A stretch of 59,735 nt of DNA. Source: Chloroflexota bacterium. GTDB taxonomy: Bacteria; Chloroflexota; Limnocylindria; P2-11E. This document shows, one piece after another, positions 37,497-46,386 of the stretch (the first letter of the stretch is position 1; every line of letters starts with the position of its first letter). The position numbers and the translations under genes were made by a program. The stretch covers positions 1 to 59,735 of the forward strand of contig VBDV01000113.1 in assembly GCA_005882765.1 (NCBI GenBank). The letters run 5' to 3'. The notes beneath the pieces are model-generated. The model saw nothing but the letters and a program-made list of their open reading frames with translations, was not told the DNA's origin and did no database searches.

Positions 37497-38821
37497 ACGA
37501 CTTCGCGCGTCTCGCCGAGGTCGCGGAACCGGGTGAGGTCGGACTGGAAGTGAAGGTCGAAGTCGCCGGTCGGTCCGTTGCGATGTTTCGCGAGCTTGAG
37601 GCGGACGACACTCTCTTCGCGGTCCTTCCGGTCCTTTTGCCAAAGGAACAGGACGAGATCGGCGTCCGCCTCGAGGGCGCCGCTCTCTCTGAGGTCAGAG
37701 AGCATCGGCTCGGTCCCACGCTGCTCGATCTGCCGCGAGAGCTGCGAGATCGCGATCACCGGGACCTCGAGCTCGCGCGCGATCGCCTTCAGCGCGCGGC
37801 TGATACGGGCGACCTCCAGGACGCGACTCTCTTCGTTCCCCACGCCTTCGATGAGCTGCAGGTAGTCGATCACGACCAGGTCCAGGCCGCGCTCGGCCTG
37901 GAGGCGGCGCGATTTCGCGAGGATGTCGGTGACCGTCAGGCGGCTCGACTCCTCCACGAAGATCGGCGCCTGCTGTAGCTCGCTCGACGCCGCGGAGATC
38001 GCGGTGAACTCCTGCGTGGAGAGGCGACCGCGGCGCATGCGGTTGCCGTCGATCTCCGCGAGCATCGACACAAGGCGCTGGACCACCTGCATCTCGCTCA
38101 TCTCCATCGAGAAGAACGCGCATGTCTTCCGCTGCACGACCGCCGCATGCTCGACGACGTTCAGCGCGAGGCTCGTCTTGCCGAGACCCGGACGGCCCGC
38201 GATGAGGATGAGATCAGAGGCCTGGAGTCCACCGGTCTTCTTGTCGACCGACTCGATGCCCGTCCGAATCCCGAGGCGCATGTCGCCACGCGCGTCGATT
38301 TGCTCGGCGTAGCGGCGGAGCGCGACGTCCAGAGGGACGATGTCCCGATGGAGCGTCGATTCGCTCACCGCGAACAGCAGCTCCTGCGCGTCCGACACCG
38401 CGGCGGCCGATTCCTCGCGGGTCAGCGCGAGACGGGCGATCTCGTTGGCCACCCCGATCAGCCGACGAAGGAGCGCGGTGCGTTCGACGATCGCCGCGTA
38501 GCTCGACGCGTGCGCGACCGTCGGCACGTTCTGCATGAGGCCGACCAGGAACTGCGAGCCCCCGATCGCATCGAGCTCAGCGTGCGCGACGAGGTCCGAC
38601 TGCACGTTGGCGAACCCCACTTGCTCGCTGCGCTCGGCGACGCGGGCGATGGCCGCGAGCACGATCCGATGCTGCTCGCGTGACAGGTCCGCAGGCCCGA
38701 GGCGTCCGCGCGCGACCTCGTTGTAGAGGGCGCCGTCCATGAGCATCGCGCCGAGGAGCGATGCCTCGGCCTCGGGCTTCTCTGGCGGCGGCTTGACGCC
38801 GCGGTCGGTCTGCACCGTCAT
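37493..38821 (-). CDS. dnaB: Replicative helicase DnaB paralog 2
   Basis: N-terminal EAEASLLG, GRPGLGKT, SMEM, DYLQL, SQLSR, LRESG, KHRNGP; ATGA-coupled to paralog 1. Confidence 0.93.
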   Translation of the reverse strand: MTVQTDRGVKPPPEKPEAEASLLGAMLMDGALYNEVARGRLGPADLSREQHRIVLAAIARVAERSEQVGFANVQSDLVAHAELDAIGGSQFLVGLMQNVPTVAHASSYAAIVERTALLRRLIGVANEIARLALTREESAAAVSDAQELLFAVSESTLHRDIVPLDVALRRYAEQIDARGDMRLGIRTGIESVDKKTGGLQASDLILIAGRPGLGKTSLALNVVEHAAVVQRKTCAFFSMEMSEMQVVQRLVSMLAEIDGNRMRRGRLSTQEFTAISAASSELQQAPIFVEESSRLTVTDILAKSRRLQAERGLDLVVIDYLQLIEGVGNEESRVLEVARISRALKAIARELEVPVIAISQLSRQIEQRGTEPMLSDLRESGALEADADLVLFLWQKDRKDREESVVRLKLAKHRNGPTGDFDLHFQSDLTRFRDLGETREVV

Positions 38822-41403
38822 GCCGGCGGGCCGCCCTCGTCGGAGGCTTTGGAGAAGAACTTCGCCTGCTCGCTCTCGAAGAGGAGCTGGAATCCGCCGG
38901 TCGGACCATTGCGGTTCTTCGCGACGGAACCGTTGATGAGCCGCGGCGCGCCCGCCGGCGTCTCCTCGCGGTCGCGCCACAGCATGATCACGATGTCGGC
39001 ATCCTGCTCCAGCGCGCCCGAGTTGTGGCTCACGATTCCGTCCGCCAGCCAGCACGAGGTGTCGGGGACGGTAAGGTCGTACACGAGTTGCTCGCCATCA
39101 GCTACAACGTCGATCACCTCGTCCCAGAAGAGATCGTTTGTGGCAAGACCCATCAGCGCGGAATCTTCGAGGAGCACCGCGTACGTCGCTAGATGCGGCC
39201 GCGAAGGTGAGAACGTGAAGTGCCCGTTCCCGCTGTGTGAGGTTCCGCGGAGGCGCGCCATTTCGCGAGTTGTGATCTCTCGGTCACGCATCCGTCCGCG
39301 AACAAGAGCAAACACCTCGCGCGGAATGGTGTCGACATTCGTGTTCGGGGCGATGCCCGCTGTCGCGGCCATCACCGCGGCTGCGGGCTCCACCCGAGGC
39401 CCGAAGGTGCCGATGAGCTCGATGAATCGTCTCTGAGCTTCGGTCCCAGAAACGTGGACTTGGTAGCCGGGAAGATATCCCGCCTCTTCGACCCGCACCG
39501 TTCTCGTGACAATGTCGAACCGCAGGAGCAGCGCTGCGACGTCGCCGGCGAGTCCGATGCTGTTCGTCGCGTAATACACGCTGTGACCCCCGCCACCTTT
39601 GTGGACGCTAATCGATCCGTCTGTCGCCCAGAGGTGTCGCAGCAGGATTGCGAGTTGCTTGTTTGCCAGACGGAACGCATCGCATGGCACACGCTTCTGA
39701 TATGAGCGTTGGCCGAAAATGCCGAGATCGCGAAGCCATGCATTCACGCCGGCGGGATGCCAGCGATTCCCATTTCCGCTAATGAGTAGTTGGTGCCAAT
39801 TGCCGACCTCCAAATAGCGAGTCACTTTGGCGCCGAACTCGTTGATCGCAGCCGCGGCGACGAAGCGGCTGTTCTCCTCCGAACTTGTCGTATACCGCAT
39901 CGGCGCGCCTTTGATGTAGCTTCCGTCTCCGATCATCTGGCCAAGAAGGCCGACTCTTTCGCTTGGCCACTCGGTGATCGATTTGGGTTCGGGGAGTCGC
40001 CGCGCGATGGCAAGTCGGTCGCCGGTCGTCAGATCGCGAACGTGACGCCATCCTGCGAACGCCCGAAGCCGATGGTCGGCTGTAGCGCGGATGGATCGGC
40101 CGCTCGTGAGACGCACTCTGAAAACTGGCCGTCGACCGACTGCCCAAATCTTCTCGGTTCGCGCGGTCACGATGCGGTCGTTTTCGACCGAGAGAACCTC
40201 TGGGCAGGTACCGACGAGTTCGGAGATGGGCACGCGGCGTCCATCCGCGAGACAAACGATGGTGTCTCCGGTCACGCATTCGCGAAGGGTGGAGAGCTTG
40301 GGCTCCCCGCCCGAGTCTCCGGCGGCGCGTGATAGTTGCGAGAGACCAATGATGACCACTCCGAGCTCGCGGGCCAATGACTTCAGATTCCTCGTGATCG
40401 TCGCGATCTCTTGAACGCGGTTCTCCTCGTCGCCGCCGCCTCGAACGAGTTGCAGGTAGTCGACGATGATGACTTCGATCTTCTCGTGCGTGCTCGCGCG
40501 GCGGGCCTTCGTTCGCAGCTCCATGATCGAGATGCCCGGCGTGTCGTCGATGAACACGGGCAAGCCGTGCAGGGCCGCGGCGGCATCCGTGTCGATGATG
40601 TTCCCGGTCCGGAGCGCGAGCAGGTCCATGCGCGAGTTCAGCGCGAGGTAGCGCGAGACGATCTGCTTCGCGTCCATTTCCAGCGAGAAGAGCAACACCG
40701 GGTGGCCGCGGCGTGCGACGTTGAAGCTCATCCCGAGCGCGAGGCTCGTCTTGCCGACGGACGGCCGGGCGGCGAGGACGATGAGGTCGCCGACGGTGAA
40801 CCCTTCGGTGTAGTAGTCGACCTCGCGGAACCCTGACGGGATCCCGCTCACCTCGAACGGGCGCTCCATGCGGTCGGTGAGGTGCTCGTAGTTGGACTGC
40901 AGCGAGGCGGTGATGTGACGGAGCTGTGCATTTGCCGACTCGTCTCGAAGCGCGAAGAGTCGCTGCTCGGCGCGGTCGAGCGCGAGGGCGATGTCGGTCG
41001 GTTCGTCGTACGCATCCGCCGCGATCGACGTGGCCGCACCGAGCAGGCGCCGCAAGATCGCCCGGTCGCGGACGATGTGGCCGTAGCGGTCGATCTCGGC
41101 CGCTGTCGGAACGCCATCCGCGAGTGCGCGGAGGTAGGCCTGGCCGCCCGCTCGGTCGAGCTCCTCGCGCCGGGAGAGCTCCATCTGGATGGTGAGCGGA
41201 TCGATCCGCTCACGCCGTTCGAGAAGGGCCTGGGCCGCGTCGTAGATCCGCTGGTGCCGCGCGATGTAAAAATCATCGACGCGGAGCAGGTCCGCGACCT
41301 TGAAGATGGCATCACGGTCGATGAGGAGGCTTCCGAGTACCTGCTGTTCCGCGCTCTCGTCGAACGGGACCTGCCGGTCGGGCGCGCGAGTCTCGACGGT
41401 CAT
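38818..41403 (-). CDS. dnaB: Replicative helicase DnaB paralog 1, intein-containing
   Basis: AEQQVLG, ARPSVGKT, SLEM, DYLQL, SQLSR, LRE|intein|SGALEQDAD, KNRNGP. Confidence 0.95.
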   Translation of the reverse strand: MTVETRAPDRQVPFDESAEQQVLGSLLIDRDAIFKVADLLRVDDFYIARHQRIYDAAQALLERRERIDPLTIQMELSRREELDRAGGQAYLRALADGVPTAAEIDRYGHIVRDRAILRRLLGAATSIAADAYDEPTDIALALDRAEQRLFALRDESANAQLRHITASLQSNYEHLTDRMERPFEVSGIPSGFREVDYYTEGFTVGDLIVLAARPSVGKTSLALGMSFNVARRGHPVLLFSLEMDAKQIVSRYLALNSRMDLLALRTGNIIDTDAAAALHGLPVFIDDTPGISIMELRTKARRASTHEKIEVIIVDYLQLVRGGGDEENRVQEIATITRNLKSLARELGVVIIGLSQLSRAAGDSGGEPKLSTLRECVTGDTIVCLADGRRVPISELVGTCPEVLSVENDRIVTARTEKIWAVGRRPVFRVRLTSGRSIRATADHRLRAFAGWRHVRDLTTGDRLAIARRLPEPKSITEWPSERVGLLGQMIGDGSYIKGAPMRYTTSSEENSRFVAAAAINEFGAKVTRYLEVGNWHQLLISGNGNRWHPAGVNAWLRDLGIFGQRSYQKRVPCDAFRLANKQLAILLRHLWATDGSISVHKGGGGHSVYYATNSIGLAGDVAALLLRFDIVTRTVRVEEAGYLPGYQVHVSGTEAQRRFIELIGTFGPRVEPAAAVMAATAGIAPNTNVDTIPREVFALVRGRMRDREITTREMARLRGTSHSGNGHFTFSPSRPHLATYAVLLEDSALMGLATNDLFWDEVIDVVADGEQLVYDLTVPDTSCWLADGIVSHNSGALEQDADIVIMLWRDREETPAGAPRLINGSVAKNRNGPTGGFQLLFESEQAKFFSKASDEGGPPA
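39022..40278 (-). mobile_element. Intein with LAGLIDADG homing endonuclease (419 aa)
   Basis: Starts CVTGD, block B TADH, LLGQMIGDG and LLRHLWATDG motifs, ends VYDLTV...SHN before Ser+1. Confidence 0.95.
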
Positions 41404-41409
41404 GCGGGA

Positions 41410-41428
41410 AGTCTAGAACACGCGTTCT
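41410..41428 (-). promoter_or_regulatory. SOS box abutting a leaderless -10 element of the dnaB operon
   Basis: AGAAC-acgc-GTTCT (41415-41428); TAGACT (41415-41410) lies 6 nt before the ATG. Confidence 0.75.
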
Positions 41429-41581
41429 AATGGCCGAAGAGCGTACGCGCGCAGGCCGTGAAAGGCCGGTAGACCACTAGAACGCTGTTCTGTCGGCATG
41501 AGTCACATCCGAACTGGCTGCCCGGCGGAAGCTCGCCCGACAATTCCTCTTTAGCTGACATTGGGCATGACGGCTAGCAAT

Positions 41582-41646
41582 TCGTCCACCATCTTCTCCA
41601 CCAACTCATCCACGATTGCTCCACCAGTTTTCGCGAACGTGGACAA
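41582..41646. promoter_or_regulatory. DnaA-box-like array
   Basis: TCGTCCACC 41582, TTCTCCACC 41594, TCATCCACG 41606, TGCTCCACC 41617, inverted TTGTCCACG 41646-41638. Confidence 0.5.
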
Positions 41647-41682
41647 CGAAGCGGATCTTCATTGCGTAGTCTCGGCACTGTC

Positions 41683-42594
41683 TTGCATGTTCTTGTGACC
41701 GGCGGCGCGGGATTCCTCGGCAGCCATGTGGTCGATGCGCTCCTCAAGGCCGGCGACGACGTCGTGGTGGTGGACGATCTCTCGACGGGAGATCGCGCGA
41801 ATCTCGATCCGCGCGCCGAACTGCGCATCGCCGATATCGCCGACCTCTCGGCGCTTCAGCGCGAGCTCGGCAGCCGACGGATCGATGCGGTCGTGCATTG
41901 CGCTGCGAAGACCAAGGTCGTCGAATCGATGACGAAGAAGGACCTCTACGAGCGCGTGATCGTCGGCGGGACGCGGAACGTGATCGAGACCACGCGACGG
42001 CTCGGCGCGTCGATCGTCGTGAATATCTCCACCGGTGGGGCGATCTACGGCGAAACGCCAATCTGTGCCGACGAGAACGTCCCGGTCGATCCGCAATCGA
42101 ACTACGGCAGATTCAAGGCTGCGGCGGAAAAGCTCGTCGAACTGTCCGACCTTCGGGCGGTGACCCTTCGGCTTGCGAACATCTACGGTCCACGCCAGCG
42201 CACCGATCTCGAGGGCGGCGTGATCGCCATCTTCCTCGGCTGCTGGAAACGGGGCGAGCCGATCACCCTGTTCGGCGATGGCAGCTACGAGCGTGACTTC
42301 GTGTATGTCGCGGACGTCGTCGAGGCCGTACTCGCGGCGCTTGCCGGGACATACGCGGGCATCTTCAACATCGGCACCGGCATTGCGACGAGCGTGAATG
42401 AGCTCGTCTCGGCGTTCAGCATGATCCTCGGACCCCCACCCAGCGTGCGCCAGGCGCCAGCGCGTCCAGCCGAGGTGTTGCGTGCCTGTGTGAACCCGAC
42501 GAAAGCGGCGCGGGAGGGACTCTGGCGTCCAACGACCGCGCTGGCCGAAGGACTCCGGCGCACGGCGGCCGCTGAAGGAGTCTTGTTGGCGTAA
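41683..42594 (+). CDS. NAD-dependent epimerase/dehydratase (GalE-like)
   Basis: VTGGAGFLGS, STGGAIYG, YGRFK, RLANIYGP, RDFVYV. Confidence 0.93.
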   Translation: MHVLVTGGAGFLGSHVVDALLKAGDDVVVVDDLSTGDRANLDPRAELRIADIADLSALQRELGSRRIDAVVHCAAKTKVVESMTKKDLYERVIVGGTRNVIETTRRLGASIVVNISTGGAIYGETPICADENVPVDPQSNYGRFKAAAEKLVELSDLRAVTLRLANIYGPRQRTDLEGGVIAIFLGCWKRGEPITLFGDGSYERDFVYVADVVEAVLAALAGTYAGIFNIGTGIATSVNELVSAFSMILGPPPSVRQAPARPAEVLRACVNPTKAAREGLWRPTTALAEGLRRTAAAEGVLLA

Positions 42595-42651
42595 AGCCGT
42601 GATCCATTTCCTCCTGTGCCCGAAGTACAGAGGGAGAAATGGAGGCTTTTC

Positions 42652-43692
42652 ATGAAGCTCGCTTGGCTGCGGCACTTTTCGCTGCCCGTCGCGATGGTCC
42701 TGCTGATGGGAGTCCCCGCCGCGCCGACGTTGGCGGCGGCCGACAACGCGTACACCGTCCACCCACTCGTATCCAACGTCGCCGGCACTGCGCCGACGAC
42801 GGACGCCAATCTCGTGAACGCCTGGGGTCTTACCGCTTCAGCGACGTCGCCATGGTGGGTCGCCGACAACGGCACGGACCTCTCGACCCTCTATCGCGCC
42901 GATGGGTCGATCGTCCCGCTCGTCGTGCACGTCCCGGTGCACCCGACCGGCGCGGTCTTCTGGGGGACCGGCATCCGAGCTAGGTTCGTCTTCGATACAG
43001 AAGCCGGTCAGATTCGCGGCTGGCTCCCGGCGCAAGGAAATCAGACAATCGTCCTCGCAGACCGTTCCGCGGTCGGCGCGATCTACAAGGGACTCGCGCT
43101 CGCAACGACGGCGACGGGCGACCGGTTTTACGCGACCGACTTCCACAACGCCCGCGTCGATGTCTTCGATGCGAACTTCAATCTCGTGACGATCAATGGC
43201 GCCTTCGTCGACTCGGATCTGCCCTCCGGCTACGCGCCGTTCGGGGTGCAGACGATCGGCTCGCGCGTGTTCGTGACTTACGCGAAACAGGACGCCGAGG
43301 CCACCGACGAGGTCCACGGACAGGGACGAGGGTTCGTGGACGCCTATGACACCTCGGGCACGCTGCTCGCGCGTGTCGCGCAACACGGCCAGCTCAACGC
43401 ACCGTGGGGACTCGCGCTCGCACCCGCGAACTTCGGTCGATTCAGCGGCGATCTGCTCGTCGGTAACTTCGGCGACGGCAAGATCAACGCCTACGAGGAA
43501 ATGTCGAACGGAAGATTCGAGCACCGTGGAGAGCTGCGAGACGCGGGCGGGAAGCCGCTCTCGATCGACGGCCTCTGGGCCCTGCAATTCGGCCACGGAT
43601 CTCCGAACAACGGTCCGACCAACACCCTGTTCTTCACAGCCGGTCCGAACGACGAGTCCGGCGGCCTGCGGGGCTCGATCACCGCACCCTGA
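42652..43692 (+). CDS. Secreted TIGR03118-family beta-propeller protein
   Basis: Signal peptide, LVNAWGL...PWWVADNG, YKGLA, APWG, GNFGDG, IDGLW, FTAGP. Confidence 0.85.
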   Translation: MKLAWLRHFSLPVAMVLLMGVPAAPTLAAADNAYTVHPLVSNVAGTAPTTDANLVNAWGLTASATSPWWVADNGTDLSTLYRADGSIVPLVVHVPVHPTGAVFWGTGIRARFVFDTEAGQIRGWLPAQGNQTIVLADRSAVGAIYKGLALATTATGDRFYATDFHNARVDVFDANFNLVTINGAFVDSDLPSGYAPFGVQTIGSRVFVTYAKQDAEATDEVHGQGRGFVDAYDTSGTLLARVAQHGQLNAPWGLALAPANFGRFSGDLLVGNFGDGKINAYEEMSNGRFEHRGELRDAGGKPLSIDGLWALQFGHGSPNNGPTNTLFFTAGPNDESGGLRGSITAP

Positions 43693-43699
43693 GCCGGGC

Positions 43700-43725
43700 G
43701 GCGGCGCGGCAATCGCCGCGCCGCC
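43700..43725 (+). terminator. GC-rich hairpin after the TIGR03118-family gene
   Basis: GGCGGCGCGGC-aatc-GCCGCGCCGCC; no U-tract. Confidence 0.4.
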
Positions 43726-43808
43726 GGCCCCCGCCGGGCCGACCACGACACAATGCCGACAGGACGCTTGACTCCCCGGCATAGGATTTCGCCCGGGGGA
43801 GCGCGCGA

Positions 43809-44120
43809 ATGGCAATGGCGTTGACCGACAAAGACCTAACCTGCCGGGAGTGCGGGAATCCTTTCGTATGGACCGCCGGCGAGCAGGAGTTCTATGCCCA
43901 GAAGGGCTTGCTTCATGAGCCGCAACGTTGCCCCGAATGCCGTCGCCGCGCAAAGGCGGAGCGGGCAGCAAGCAGAGCGCAGAGCATGCACGACATCGTG
44001 TGCTCGAACTGCGGTCGCACGGGCCAGGTCCCATTCGCGCCGCGCAGCGACCGTCCCGTGTACTGCTCCGAGTGCTTCGAGGCGCGCCGCACGGCGACCG
44101 TTCCTATCTCCGCGAACTGA
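43809..44120 (+). CDS. Zinc-ribbon + CxxC-x17-CxxC domain protein
   Basis: DKDLTCRECG..F.WTAGEQEFY..KG...P.RCPECR and CSNCG...VPF.P...RPVYCSECF. Confidence 0.9.
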   Translation: MAMALTDKDLTCRECGNPFVWTAGEQEFYAQKGLLHEPQRCPECRRRAKAERAASRAQSMHDIVCSNCGRTGQVPFAPRSDRPVYCSECFEARRTATVPISAN

Positions 44121-44153
44121 CCGACCGGTCCCTTTTCTGCATCCACATCCTCT

Positions 44154-44735
44154 GTGAGGCGCTTTCTTCTTGGCTTCCTTTTCGGCGCGTTCTCGATCGT
44201 CGCCCTCCTCGTCGGGGTGGGGCACTGGCTTGACCTGAGCGATCCCCTCGGGCACGCCGACGCCATCGTCGCCATTTCCGGCGACACCGGTGCGCGGGCC
44301 GAGAGCGCGATCGCGCTCTGGAAGCAGGGATATGCGCCGGTCCTCATCTTCTCCGGCGGCTCCAGCGACCCCGAATCAGTCGCGTCCGCCGAGCTGATGA
44401 AACGGGCGGCGGTCGCGGCGGGGGTGCCGGCGAACGCGATCATCGTTGAGGGCTCGTCGGCGACGACCGAGGAGAACGCTCAGCGGGTCGCCGAGCTCAT
44501 GAAGACCGCCGGCCTCCGTTCGGCGATCCTTGTCACCAGTCCTTATCACCAGCGCCGGGCCGCTCTCCTGTTCGAGCGCGAGTTCGACCGCGCCGGGTTG
44601 TCGTTTCGAAATCATCCCGCGGACGATCCGGATTGGGATGCGAACCTCTGGTGGACCAGCGAACCATCGCGCAGCCTGACCCTTGTCGAGCTCGCGAAGC
44701 TCGGAGCCCTGGTCGCGGGGCAGCACCCGGGATAG
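44154..44735 (+). CDS. YdcF/DUF218 family protein
   Basis: ADAIVAISG, FSGG, TEENA, LVTSPYHQRRA. Confidence 0.88.
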   Translation: MRRFLLGFLFGAFSIVALLVGVGHWLDLSDPLGHADAIVAISGDTGARAESAIALWKQGYAPVLIFSGGSSDPESVASAELMKRAAVAAGVPANAIIVEGSSATTEENAQRVAELMKTAGLRSAILVTSPYHQRRAALLFEREFDRAGLSFRNHPADDPDWDANLWWTSEPSRSLTLVELAKLGALVAGQHPG

Positions 44736-44746
44736 CATTCGAATAC

Positions 44747-46009
44747 GTGCCGGTGACGGCCATCGTCGGTGCTCAGTGGGGCGACGAGGGCAAAGGGAAG
44801 ATCACTGACCTCCTGGCGCAGGAGGCGGATGTGGTCATCCGATTCCAGGGCGGAAACAATGCCGGCCACACCGTCGTCAACCAGCACGGCACCTTCAAGC
44901 TTCATCTCGTGCCGAGTGGAATATTCAATCCCGATGCGGTTTGCGTTCTCGGTCCCGGGTGCGTCGTCGATCTCGCGTTCCTCTGTCGCGAGCTCGCTGA
45001 GCTCGAGAAGAGCGGGATCTCCACCGCGAACCTGCGCGTAAGCGACCGCGCGCATCTCGTCATGCCGTGGCACATCGCGCTCGACCGTCTGGATGAGCGC
45101 GAGCGCGGCCGGAGGAAGCTCGGCACGACCGGGATGGGCGTGGGGCCCGCGTACTCGGACAAAGTCGGCCGTCACGGCATCCAGGCATACGAAGTGCGCG
45201 ATGTGAAGAGCTTCCGCGCGCGCGTGAAGCGAGAGCTCGAGACGAAGAACGCGATACTCGAGCGGTTCGGTGACGCCCCTCTTGATGCGACGGAGGTGGC
45301 CGACGGTGTTCTCGCCGCCGCGGCGAAGCTCGGTGACCGCATTGTCGACACGCTTCCCCTCGTCGAATCCGCGCTTGCCAAAGACGCGCGCGTCCTGCTG
45401 GAAGGGCAGCTTGGCGCGATGCGCGATCTCGATTGGGGCATCTACCCGTACGTGACCAGCTCGAATCCGCTCGCCGGCGGCGCGAGCGTCGGGGCCGGGA
45501 TCCCGCCGCGCAAGATCACGCGCGTCATCGGGGTCGTGAAGGCGTATTCGACCGCCGTGGGCGAGGGTCCCTTTCCGACCGAGCTCCGTGGCGACGAGGC
45601 CACCGCGCTCCGCGAGCGTGCCCATGAATACGGCGCGACCACCGGGCGTCCGCGGCGCGTCGGCTGGTTCGATGCCGTCGCGGCGCGGCATGCGCACCGG
45701 CTCAACGCCTTCACCGAGCTCGCCGTGACGAAGCTCGACGTCCTGGACGTCTACGACCGCATACCGTTTTGCGCGAGCTACGAGCTCGACGGGAAGCGCA
45801 CGACGGACATGCCGACGACCCTTGTGCTCGAGAAAGCTCGTCCGTGCTACGAGACCCTCGAGGGCTGGTCGACTGATATCACGGGAGTGACTGAGCGTCG
45901 AGCGCTACCGGCGAGGGCCGTCGCGTACCTGGATCGGATCGCGGTAACGGTCGGCGCCCCCGTCGGAATGATCGGCGTTGGACCCGAGAGGGCGGCGACC
46001 CTCCTCTAA
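44747..46009 (+). CDS. purA: Adenylosuccinate synthetase
   Basis: GAQWGDEGKGK, GGNNAGHT, YPYVTSS, TTGRPRR, TKLDVL. Confidence 0.97.
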   Translation: MPVTAIVGAQWGDEGKGKITDLLAQEADVVIRFQGGNNAGHTVVNQHGTFKLHLVPSGIFNPDAVCVLGPGCVVDLAFLCRELAELEKSGISTANLRVSDRAHLVMPWHIALDRLDERERGRRKLGTTGMGVGPAYSDKVGRHGIQAYEVRDVKSFRARVKRELETKNAILERFGDAPLDATEVADGVLAAAAKLGDRIVDTLPLVESALAKDARVLLEGQLGAMRDLDWGIYPYVTSSNPLAGGASVGAGIPPRKITRVIGVVKAYSTAVGEGPFPTELRGDEATALRERAHEYGATTGRPRRVGWFDAVAARHAHRLNAFTELAVTKLDVLDVYDRIPFCASYELDGKRTTDMPTTLVLEKARPCYETLEGWSTDITGVTERRALPARAVAYLDRIAVTVGAPVGMIGVGPERAATLL

Positions 46010-46021
46010 CATCCGGGCGGC

Positions 46022-46345
46022 GTGAGCAGCATCATCGACATCGCCTTTCCATACCGCCGAAGGCGCTCGTACGGCGCCGCCTCGTTCGCGTTTACCTTTC
46101 TGGTGCTGTTCATGGAGGTCGAGATTCTCGCGTTCGTCGGGGTGGCGATCGCGGCACGCCAGCTTCAGCTCTGGTGGGACCTGCAGCCGATCGTGTTCCC
46201 GACCGCCTGCCTCATCAGCCTCGCTGCGTCCGCCGTCTTCTGGTGGCGCGCGCGCTCGTGGAGCAAGCACCGCGTCGAAACGCTCGAGGCGTGGGCTCGT
46301 GGCGGCACCACCTTCGGACAGCAGCTCGCGCAAAAGCGCGACTAG
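46022..46345 (+). CDS. Hypothetical two-TM membrane protein
   Basis: Fills the gap between purA and guaB; two hydrophobic segments. Confidence 0.65.
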   Translation: MSSIIDIAFPYRRRRSYGAASFAFTFLVLFMEVEILAFVGVAIAARQLQLWWDLQPIVFPTACLISLAASAVFWWRARSWSKHRVETLEAWARGGTTFGQQLAQKRD

Positions 46346-46386
46346 TTCGCTCTGACCGATACACTTGCCCGGGTGAGGGCGGCGGA

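Noticed and set aside
37493-41403. Prophage or plasmid origin of the dnaB pair
   Set aside because: No integrase, primase, initiator or structural genes; flanks are housekeeping genes and extein codon usage looks native
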